Source: a virus. Taken from it: a DNA stretch of 64,000 bases. Position numbers and translations under genes: made by a program. Of this stretch, positions 1 through 9,000 are shown piece by piece. The first letter of the stretch is position 1; each line of letters opens with the position of its first letter. The stretch is taken from positions 6,301-70,300 of the IMG/VR virus record IMGVR_UViG_3300034103_002674. One strand, given 5' to 3'. The notes below the pieces were generated by a model. It was not told where the DNA came from. It was given only the letters and a program-made list of their open reading frames with translations, and did not search any database.

Positions 1-598
1 GTAATGCCTTAAATGCACTGCCCACATCCAGACGGTTAATAACCTGCAAAAGAAAGAGAGGTACTTCCTCTGCATTTAATGTTTCATAACTAAACAAGCA
101 TTCAATGCTACCACCACCACTGAGAAGGCCAGCCGAATATTGCTGCCTGAAAACATCACTGAGGCTAGTGGTGTCCAGCGCAGCTCTGTCAGTATTCACT
201 TGAAAAGAGGTGACCGAACCAAGCGTATTATGTCGAGTGTCTTGAATGGCGACAGTAATATTTAACGGCTCGCCACTGAAGCTCGATAAAGAAATCTCCG
301 CCGCTCGATTATTGTTAATTGCATCAGCAAAGTTATGGAATAGCCTTACTCCACCTGCTTCGTTAATGTGAATAAATGCACCAATAGATTCTGGCGCGGA
401 AGTTAAAAACTCTAGCCCACGAGCATCGTCTGTTGAAAACGAAACAAAATCTCCCGTAATTAAATTTGTATCGCCGCCATCAAAGCCAAAGCGATTTAGC
501 GATGTATTGATATCATCTGGAGCGACAGACGAGACAAACTGATTATCTCCTCCCCTTTGGAGCCTGATTGCACCAGTGTGGCCAACAAAAAAAGTCAT
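1..598 (-). CDS. Partial tail protein with a tail-tube-like segment (runs off the window edge)
   Basis: Hand-translated from ATG at 598: MTFFVGHTGAIRLQ...LGSVTSFQVNTDRAALDTTSLSD...SGGGSIECLFSY. No stop before position 1; resembles the neighbouring 135-aa ORF. Confidence 0.65.
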   Translation of the reverse strand, partial: MTFFVGHTGAIRLQRGGDNQFVSSVAPDDINTSLNRFGFDGGDTNLITGDFVSFSTDDARGLEFLTSAPESIGAFIHINEAGGVRLFHNFADAINNNRAAEISLSSFSGEPLNITVAIQDTRHNTLGSVTSFQVNTDRAALDTTSLSDVFRQQYSAGLLSGGGSIECLFSYETLNAEEVPLFLLQVINRLDVGSAFKAL

Positions 599-620
599 TG
601 GATTATTTGACTCGCTGGTC

Positions 621-1028
621 TTAAATGGTTACTGTAGTCAGTGGTCCATTAATGGTAAAATTAAACGAAACCGTGGTAAGTTCGTCTGTAGACGAAGTAA
701 TGCTTGCGCTATTAATGAATGCATTGGCAATAAAAAGCTGATCGCTTCCCACCTCAAAAGTAAGAGTCACCTCGTCGCTTTCTGTGATGGCGCCAATTTT
801 TGCAATTTTTTCTAAAAGATTTGTCACATCCGTTGTATCGCCATTGTAATAAGACAAAGCGGCACTTCCCGTGGCGCTAAACAGGCCAGGAGTGAAGGTA
901 TTGGCAGTGTCCCCTAGCGCTGTGGTATCCAGCATGTTCACGGACGTGTCTAGCGTCCAGTTGCGCACCTTCGATACCTCGCTTCCTCCAAGACGCAACT
1001 TGCCGGTGCGACCAGTGTAAAAAGGCAT
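621..1028 (-). CDS. Tail-tube-like minor tail protein
   Basis: 135 aa with the pattern G-x-x-G-x-L...V(R)NWTLD...LDTTALGD...ITS...VSFNFTING, typical of siphovirus tail tube folds; lies in the tail operon. Confidence 0.65.
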   Translation of the reverse strand: MPFYTGRTGKLRLGGSEVSKVRNWTLDTSVNMLDTTALGDTANTFTPGLFSATGSAALSYYNGDTTDVTNLLEKIAKIGAITESDEVTLTFEVGSDQLFIANAFINSASITSSTDELTTVSFNFTINGPLTTVTI

Positions 1029-1073
1029 TGCTTCAAAAGCTTTTCTTTATGCTAACAAGATTTAGTAATAGCT

Positions 1074-4000
1074 CTAGTCGATGGCAAAAGCATCATCAAA
1101 GTTAGCGATTTTAGAAAGTGTAGAACCCCCGCTCTCATCACATGGATGCTCAATGGCGCTGATTGTAATTTCGCCTTCTTCTTCCATGGACACCTCTGTC
1201 ACGCGAAAGACGCGCTTTGTTGTCAATTGAGTGCCAAGCACAAAAAGCCACCCTTCATAACTGGTTAGTGACGAAGACTGGTTATCACTAATGGAAACAG
1301 AGGAAAGCTTGGTTGGGCTGTCTTGGCCGTTGTAAAGCAATACTGTGTAGGAACCATTTACAACGTCTTCAGCTAGTGGAATATTAAGACGACCATCTTC
1401 TTCTACTATTCCACTCCTGATGTCATCCCATTGATTTTGATCAAGCTGTACATAAATATATGAACCCGGAGAAACAGGGCTTTCAGTGGGGAAAGTCTTA
1501 AATTCAATGGCTCGACGAGAAAAGCGTCTTTGCTGGCAAAGTAATTTACCGTATTTAATAGCCTGTTCTCTGCTGCTTACAAAAGCAGACAAGTCAAACG
1601 TCTGCCGAATACTATTTGCTTCAACGAAATCCGGGTCACTCTTGTGAATTTGCACGCTAGTGTTCTGGGGGAACACATTATCGTTAACCGTATCTCTGTA
1701 AACAATTGTGGCAATCAAGTCCTGCGTATTATCTCCATAGTCAAGAAATTCTTCCTTGTAACTGTCCTCTAGTATATTGCCTTGATTAAACAAAGCTTCA
1801 ATGCGCACCTGCCTAGAAATCTGGTAAAGACTGTCATAAGGCACAGCAGGAACTAGCGCTTCTTTCCCTCCAATGCGTGCAAATTCAAGCAAACTAAATG
1901 GAGCCACTTCTGCCCAGAACTCCCGCCAAGCCCCCGGATCAGCAATCACTCCATCCATGAAAAGCTCGTTTTTTTCGCAAAAAGCCTGAGAAATACTAAG
2001 CTGTTTCGTATCAATTCCATTAATATTGGCGTAAGCCTTAATACCATTCTCTTCATCTAGCACTGTATCAAGAAAGATTTCAGGAGCATAGCTTGTTGAG
2101 CTAGAAGGAGAAGATTCATAATTGCCATTAAAATCTAAAAATTTTCTTACCTTTTTACCTCTGTTTACCCATACACTAAGTGAACGCAAATCCTTCACTC
2201 CCTGCCCACTATAAATATTAAGCCCAAACATAGACATGCCATCGTAAATATCGCTTGTCAATGGTTGCTTCTGTTGTTCCGTGACGGCCACTAATGTAAT
2301 TTCTGGGCCGCTTTCAAAAGAAAATGAAATTTGCGTATCACTACGAAGTGAAAAGAGCCCCCATTCATCAACAAATTTAGGAGTGCGGTTCAACGGTGGG
2401 CGACGACGAATTGTACTTATAGGATTTCTTCCGCGATAAACAACAGAAAATCCATTACCAAAAGATAACTGCTGTCCGCCGATGCTTCCCCCATAACCAG
2501 CGGTTCGCAAATAAATCATCTGCATATCATTGCCAGAATTGTGTGTGCGCAGCTCAGCAGCAAGGTCAACAATCGGATCAAGTTTGAATTGCCATTTTTC
2601 CTTGGAAGGTGCAACAAATCTTAAGTTCACATAGGAATCAAGCTCTTTCCCGCTTCTCACTCCAAACACGTATGGCACAAGTTTGTATTCCGTTTCTGTT
2701 GGTTTTTTGTACCAAAGCCAAAACATTGAGGTGCGATTGCGAATACCATTGTCGCTATCTTTATGTCCTTGCTGATCTTCTTCTGCATATTTATTCATGC
2801 GCCCCTGAATTCGCTGAAATATTTTGGCTTTAAAAGAGAAATTAATTACTTCGCATTTTGTAATTGCTTCATATCTAATTTCGTCCACTTTGGCAATGCA
2901 TTTTGTGTTGAAATAATCGTTCCAAGAATCTTCGTCTTTAAGCAGCTTAATTGTGTCATTTAAATCTTTATTTGCAGAATTGTATTGACTTGTCCATACA
3001 GCTTGCGCTGCTTGCTCTGCCGCGTAGTCCCGTTCAACAGTGGCCGCAATCTTTTCTCTCTGATTTTCAAGGCGACGCTTTCTTTGCTTTAAGGCACGCC
3101 GCTCTTCTTTTAAGTTGGTATTTTTATTATTATCGTACAAACCCTGCTCGATTGCACGAGTAGAAAGTCTCGCAAATTGATCCCTAAGTTCAATTCGTTT
3201 CTCCTTCTTGTTTGCAATTTTTGTATTTTTTTCAGCCCTAGCGCTATCAAGCCGCCTCTTCTGAGAATTAGTTCTTTGATTGGCTGGAGTGTCTCTTATC
3301 TGGTCGATTTCATTTTGCAACGACTCAATGTCATCGTTTAATCTTTTAATCTGCTCTTCCAACGTGTCAATATCACGCCTAATTCCACCAAATGTGCCTT
3401 CATCTTTAACAATGTTTAATAACTCAGTTCCACTTAGATCACCCTTGAGGATGGCAGTGGCATTTTCGATATTGTTATCAATCTCTTCTAATTCGCGATC
3501 GAAGGCATCAATTCGGTCAGCTCCAGGCCCCTTAAATCTTTCAGCAAAAGCAGCACCTTTTTCTGCGTTTAACGTTTCAATTGTCGCTTCAAGTTCACGC
3601 TTCTGCCTGCGCAAATCACCTTCATTTTGCTGATAACGCTGAGTAGCATAATCCTCCTCGCATAACACGCCACTTTCAAAGCATTGAAAGATAAACGTGC
3701 CTTCAATATCACTGCCGCTTTTTACATCATCAGAAACTAATTTAAACTTTGCCGCGCCTATTTTGTAAGTGCTAGCCGAATCAAAGGTTCCAATGTATGC
3801 ACTACGCAAGTCAATAGCAGCTCTCTCTACTCCATCGGTGGGTTTTTTATCGTCCTCTTCAAAAACAATAGTGAGTTGATTGCCAACAGGGAAAGAGGGG
3901 CGTACTCCCGTGGTGGGCCATGTAGAAGGCCAGTATTCTCCTCGTCCCGATGAAACATTAATACCAAGAGAATCCTGTTTTAACTGGCCTTCATCATCTC

Positions 4001-4763
4001 TATCTTCCACTTGTACTCGCAAGGGAACCACGTCATACAACCCCAACGATGAGCTGGTAGTAGGGGAAAATGCCTGACTATAGCCCTGCGTTCTATTGTA
4101 GGCATTATCAATTACACTGCAAATCAAATCACTAGCCGATGTATAAAGAGGATCAAGAGTAGAGTCGCCAGGAAGCTTTTTGTCGCTAAAGAAAAGCCTT
4201 CCTTCTCCTTCGTTAGCGTAAAGAAAGTAACGCTGCGAAGCCAAGTCTCTTAATGGTGTCTGGCCAAACGCTGTACGCCCATAGGCAAAACTTTGAATGG
4301 GGCCAGCGCCCACCACTGCAAGCATTTGCATGTATTGACTGGTGCCAAAGCTATGAACGGCAGACCAAACAAGAGACGTATTGACGCGCAAGCCTCCTGC
4401 TAATTTATTTTCGTCAATATTCGTATAGACAAGATTGACGGGCTGCCCATAGCGAGCTACTTCCTGAAAGGAATTAAAACCATAACGTGGGGCAAAAAAT
4501 TGGTTTCGGGACTGTCGTCCCATTGTTTGATCAGGAGCCTGAGGCTTGGGTGCAAGTAATGCAGCACCCACTTGCGCCAAAGTACCAACAATACTGAGAA
4601 TGAGCGCAACAGTTCCGACTTCCAGACCATTGCGTACATCAAGAATGGTGCCTTCTTTATTGTCTCGATAATTTAACCGCGCTAAATAAAATTGCCAATA
4701 TTCTTCTTCTGAAATCTGAAGAGCATCAATTAGAGCGCGTTCGTAGGGGAGGAGGCGTCTCAT
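1074..4763 (-). CDS. Central tail / host-specificity protein (lambda J-like) with a coiled-coil insert
   Basis: 1229 aa following M/L/K-like genes. N-terminal hydrophobic 'ALILSIVGTLAQVGAALLAPKP', 'YGQPVNLVY', C-terminal 'FRVTEV..EEEGEITISAIEH'. Confidence 0.75.
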   Translation of the reverse strand: MRRLLPYERALIDALQISEEEYWQFYLARLNYRDNKEGTILDVRNGLEVGTVALILSIVGTLAQVGAALLAPKPQAPDQTMGRQSRNQFFAPRYGFNSFQEVARYGQPVNLVYTNIDENKLAGGLRVNTSLVWSAVHSFGTSQYMQMLAVVGAGPIQSFAYGRTAFGQTPLRDLASQRYFLYANEGEGRLFFSDKKLPGDSTLDPLYTSASDLICSVIDNAYNRTQGYSQAFSPTTSSSLGLYDVVPLRVQVEDRDDEGQLKQDSLGINVSSGRGEYWPSTWPTTGVRPSFPVGNQLTIVFEEDDKKPTDGVERAAIDLRSAYIGTFDSASTYKIGAAKFKLVSDDVKSGSDIEGTFIFQCFESGVLCEEDYATQRYQQNEGDLRRQKRELEATIETLNAEKGAAFAERFKGPGADRIDAFDRELEEIDNNIENATAILKGDLSGTELLNIVKDEGTFGGIRRDIDTLEEQIKRLNDDIESLQNEIDQIRDTPANQRTNSQKRRLDSARAEKNTKIANKKEKRIELRDQFARLSTRAIEQGLYDNNKNTNLKEERRALKQRKRRLENQREKIAATVERDYAAEQAAQAVWTSQYNSANKDLNDTIKLLKDEDSWNDYFNTKCIAKVDEIRYEAITKCEVINFSFKAKIFQRIQGRMNKYAEEDQQGHKDSDNGIRNRTSMFWLWYKKPTETEYKLVPYVFGVRSGKELDSYVNLRFVAPSKEKWQFKLDPIVDLAAELRTHNSGNDMQMIYLRTAGYGGSIGGQQLSFGNGFSVVYRGRNPISTIRRRPPLNRTPKFVDEWGLFSLRSDTQISFSFESGPEITLVAVTEQQKQPLTSDIYDGMSMFGLNIYSGQGVKDLRSLSVWVNRGKKVRKFLDFNGNYESSPSSSTSYAPEIFLDTVLDEENGIKAYANINGIDTKQLSISQAFCEKNELFMDGVIADPGAWREFWAEVAPFSLLEFARIGGKEALVPAVPYDSLYQISRQVRIEALFNQGNILEDSYKEEFLDYGDNTQDLIATIVYRDTVNDNVFPQNTSVQIHKSDPDFVEANSIRQTFDLSAFVSSREQAIKYGKLLCQQRRFSRRAIEFKTFPTESPVSPGSYIYVQLDQNQWDDIRSGIVEEDGRLNIPLAEDVVNGSYTVLLYNGQDSPTKLSSVSISDNQSSSLTSYEGWLFVLGTQLTTKRVFRVTEVSMEEEGEITISAIEHPCDESGGSTLSKIANFDDAFAID

Positions 4764-5155
4764 TCTTTGATATCAGGCAACATTTTAAACAGCTTTAACG
4801 ATGGAAAAGATGGCGACCAGTATGATCGCCCTCCCCGCGAAACTGTAAGTATTCCACCATCATAAGCCACGCCAACTGCTATTTCACCGCCTGGTCTTGG
4901 AAGAACAATCGCTACGTTTCCATTTTCTCGCTGTTTTGTCCTTTTGCCATTTTCAAAAAGCCATCTAATGATTCGCTTCATGGGCAAATTTCCAGAATCA
5001 TATTCATCGTATGCCCATCGAAAATCATCTTCGTAATCATAAAGACCAAGGCGACGCCTTACTTCGCAAACCAACATAAAACAATCGCTCTTTCCTTCTC
5101 CTTCGCAAAAGCGAGCCCTGCGCTCGTAAGAAAGGCCAATTAAATCATTAATCAT
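4760..5155 (-). CDS. NlpC/P60-like tail assembly protein (lambda K-like)
   Basis: 'DLIGLSY...DCFMLV..V.RRLG' carries the NlpC/P60 Cys motif; syntenic position. Confidence 0.65.
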   Translation of the reverse strand: MINDLIGLSYERRARFCEGEGKSDCFMLVCEVRRRLGLYDYEDDFRWAYDEYDSGNLPMKRIIRWLFENGKRTKQRENGNVAIVLPRPGGEIAVGVAYDGGILTVSRGGRSYWSPSFPSLKLFKMLPDIKE

Positions 5156-5673
5156 CGCAAGCTTACTTCTGCATTTAAGGGAAGAATCCCAACGTTTTTA
5201 GAAGTGAATGTACGGCGTGGAAAGTTTGCTCCTACGCTGTCCATTGCAGAGCGAAATCGGAGTTCAACAGTTGTATCGTCAAACGAAGCCCCCACACCAA
5301 CATAGAACTCTTCGTATTGCGCTGTGGCAGAAGCAAGACTATAAGATGCGTAGTCTGTAATATCGCCAGTACTTGCCATCCACACTGTCTTCAAAGAAAG
5401 CTTGCTAAGCCTATTCCCTTCTCCTTCTTCTACCATGGCGATAGTGAATTCACTATGAGGGAACAACAAGCGCAAAATACTATTGTCTCCATTTAATGCC
5501 GCCAGGGCGCCTTCGGCTCTAAAAGGAGCGAAACGATAAGTGGGGGAAGCCGTGCCAGGCACTGCCACTGCAGTGAAGTCCTTACCAAAAAAATAGTTCT
5601 GGTAGTAATGACTGCGCCCATTTGCAGTTTCGATGAAAGCAAAATTGGCGATATGGACAGTGGTATTAGACAT
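5152..5673 (-). CDS. Minor tail protein (lambda L-like hub)
   Basis: Lies between the distal tail and K-like genes; C-terminal 'MDSVGANFPRRTF'. Confidence 0.55.
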   Translation of the reverse strand: MSNTTVHIANFAFIETANGRSHYYQNYFFGKDFTAVAVPGTASPTYRFAPFRAEGALAALNGDNSILRLLFPHSEFTIAMVEEGEGNRLSKLSLKTVWMASTGDITDYASYSLASATAQYEEFYVGVGASFDDTTVELRFRSAMDSVGANFPRRTFTSKNVGILPLNAEVSLR

Positions 5674-5675
5674 AA

Positions 5676-6071
5676 TTAAGCGCCAGAATAGTCCAATTCG
5701 CCAATAAGCCTCACTGTAACAGTGCTTCGCCCATTGAATATGCTTTCTACTTGCGGAGGTTCAGCGTATTCCCAAAGAATATTAGTCGGCGCTTGCACAA
5801 CGCCACGAAGGCTATCGCTCATGCCAGAGAAAATTTCATTTGGCAATGCAAAACGCGTGTAGTTTCCACCCTGCGCATAGTAATGATCAAGAATGAGCTT
5901 TACATTGGCGTCAGTGATATTGGCAAACTCTAGTTCGATGGAATGACCAAATGAACGATTGCCGAAGATGCGTTTTACAGTAGCACCAGAAAGCCCCCGA
6001 TAGATTTTTGTTGGAAATTGTCCTGGCGAATAGGATCGTCCAGTTGGCCTAATAGAAGGAAAATTTGCCAT
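5676..6071 (-). CDS. Distal tail protein (lambda M-like)
   Basis: 131 aa immediately downstream of the tape measure gene, overlapping its stop codon. Confidence 0.6.
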   Translation of the reverse strand: MANFPSIRPTGRSYSPGQFPTKIYRGLSGATVKRIFGNRSFGHSIELEFANITDANVKLILDHYYAQGGNYTRFALPNEIFSGMSDSLRGVVQAPTNILWEYAEPPQVESIFNGRSTVTVRLIGELDYSGA

Positions 6072-9000
6072 TAGCGCATACCAATGCGAGAGCGAGTGGA
6101 GGGGCTTTGTTGTATCTTATCTAAGGTCATGCTCATGCCTCTGGCAGCGCCGCCTGCAATGGATGCACGGCGCGTTTCTGCCATGGCCATTTCTAATTGT
6201 TCGCGGCTTACATACTCTACGCCATTGATCTTAGTGGTCTCGAATTTCATGTTCAACGTGGGAGATTGAGGCATACCAGGGGCATTTCCTCCCATTAGAT
6301 CACGGGCAGATTTGCCGCCAAGCTGCACGGGAATGCTCTTGCCATCGGGAAGAGGGACAATGGCTTCGTTGTAACGTCCTTCGCCTACAAGGCCAAGAGT
6401 GGGACCGGAAACGACGCCGCCGTTGGCAAAGGCGCGGAAACCTCCGGGAGCAATGCCACCATTTGCAAAGCCTGCAAAATTCGGAGCCATGTTCCCAGCC
6501 GCATCTGTATATTGCCGCATAGGAGCAAGAGTGCCTTCTGTAATGCCAGTTTTTGACATGTCCGCTCCGCCCCCTCCAAGACCTGCAAACATTTTTGCAA
6601 TGCCAATGGCGATATAAGTGGCAATCATTTGTGAAGCAGCTTGAGAAAGCGCTTGGCCAACGCTTTCTAGGAATCCTGCAAACACTTCCTTGGCAGTAGC
6701 AGTGCCGCTGATCATGTTTGCCACGCCTTCTGTAAGGACATTAGCGAAAGCTCCGCTCACGCCCTGAATGGCGCCTTGCAGCCCTTCAAAAACGCTACGA
6801 AGCTGCATTGCGGCTGTTTCCACATTGGCAAGTTGCGTGGCGTAATCTTCGTCGCCATACTGCTCCATCGCTCTCTCAAAGACGTTTGCAGCACCGCCAG
6901 TGAAACCAGCTTGCAATCCAGTGCCAATTGTTTCCAATCCTCTTTGAGCAGAAGTTAAAGCAGTTTGTTTTTCCAAAAGCTTCACATTTTCAAGGCGCTG
7001 AGCGATAATTTGAGTGAGTAAATCAAGCTCTCCCTTCGCAATGTCTCTTTCATCTGCAGCCAAGTCTGCATATCTTTCTTTGACTGCCAGTTCAGCTTCT
7101 TGAGCAGAAGTAAGTTCAAGGCGACCATCTTTCAGAGCCTCCATTTGCAGGGCCTGCCTCTGAATTCCTAGCGTTTCGCGATCAATCTCATCAATGATGG
7201 GCTTAATAATCTTTTGGCGAGCTGCTCCAATTGCTAAATTGCGCTTGTCTTCCGCGATGGTTAAAGCATTGTTTTTGTTGATTTCTAAATCTTTCAACTT
7301 AAGAGCTTTGTCTGCAGCGCTTAAATTGTCTTTATTTGTCTTATCAACTTCCAAGCGATAACGCTCGGCTATTTCAAGCTTTGCGGTTTCCAGCTCTAGT
7401 TCTGCTAACGAAATATCGTATTGAGTTTGCGAAATAAGCTGACCTTGCAGTTGTTTATCAAGGCGTTGTTTTTCAATGTCAAACTGATCTTGAATAAATT
7501 GTAGTTGGCTTCTGCTATATTCATCAAGCTCTTTGCCTTTTTTCTTTTTCCCTTCCCCTTCACTAGGTGGAATTGCGCCAAGCACGGCAGGAGCTTGAGC
7601 CTGCTGTTCTTCGAAGCTGATCTGCTTTTGTCTAAAAGCAGCTTCAGACTGCAACCGCTGCGCCTGGGGCGCTAAAGCCATCGCCTCGCTTCTCTTCACA
7701 TAGATTGGTCCACCTGGGGCCTGTTGCGAACGAATGGGGCCAAGCTCTTGAAGCTGCTTGAGCTCTTTTTCACTTACGGGAACAAGTCGATCTCCACCTG
7801 GCTGCTGAGCACCGCCACGTCCCGCTATTGCCCCAATTGTCTGATAAGCCGATTGTGCTTGCTGCTCTGCTGCGCGAGCCTCAGTCTGAGACATGGAGCG
7901 AATGGCTTGTGCCGCACCCATCGCCTTTGCCTTGGTATCAGCCAGCGCCTGATTCATTGTCAGGAATTTTTCAATGAGCATACTGATGCCCACAACAACC
8001 AGGCCAACGCCAGTTGTCGCGAAGAAAGTGCGCAAGGTGATGCCAGCAGTGCGGATGGAAGCTGCAGTAGTCTGCGCTGTAGCGCCTGTTGCAGCCATCA
8101 TCCCCCTGAACGCTGATAAAGTCGAAGTACCAGAAGCAACTCTTGCATTGAAAATTAATAGTTGCAATGCATTAGCAGCCCACAATCCACGCATCACGCC
8201 AAGTGCAATATTGATGGGGAGAGCAATTGCATAAAGCTTTGCAAGATAACCAACAATTGGATTGCCAGCAATTTGCAAGAATACCTTGCCAACATCAAGA
8301 GCAACCCTCGCGAGTTCTCCTAGCTGAACAACAAAAGTAGAAACATTTTGTCCAATGCCATCAAACGCTGGGCGCAACCGCTCCAGCTCTTGCGCAATGG
8401 CAAATCCTCCTGCTGTTTTGGCTGCAGTGCCAGTAAAGAATGTATTAAGCCCATCAGTAAGCTGCTTAATTCCATCCGTCATCGGAACAACAACACTATT
8501 CAAGAATCCCACTGCAATGGGCTCAAAGCTCTCGTAGAAAAGAGCCATTGAGTTTTGCATGCGGTTCATTACGCCCTGGAAGGTTCGTGCCGCTCCTTCA
8601 GCGCCAGGGCCAAACTCTTTATTCATTACGATGGTTACATTTTTCAACAATGCGACCATCGCCTCGCCTTTATAAGCGCCCTCTTCTAGGGCGGCAGAGA
8701 AATCCTGGATAGCTTTAGGCCCTTCAAATCCTGCCGCTTCAGCAAACAATGCCATCGCGCCAGGCAGTACGTCACCTAACTGCCCCTTGAGTTCTTCGCT
8801 CATCACTTGTCCTTTGCTTGCCATCTGAGCAAAGGCATAGTTCACGCGATCAACTTTATCTGCGCTCATGCCAAACGTGGCCGCAGCTTTTGTAATGCCG
8901 GTGAATAAATCACGGATTTCATCGCCACTAAAACCAGCCGGAGCCATGGAAGCATATAGCTTGGTAAAACCATCACGGGCCGATTGCAAGGGCACGTTAT

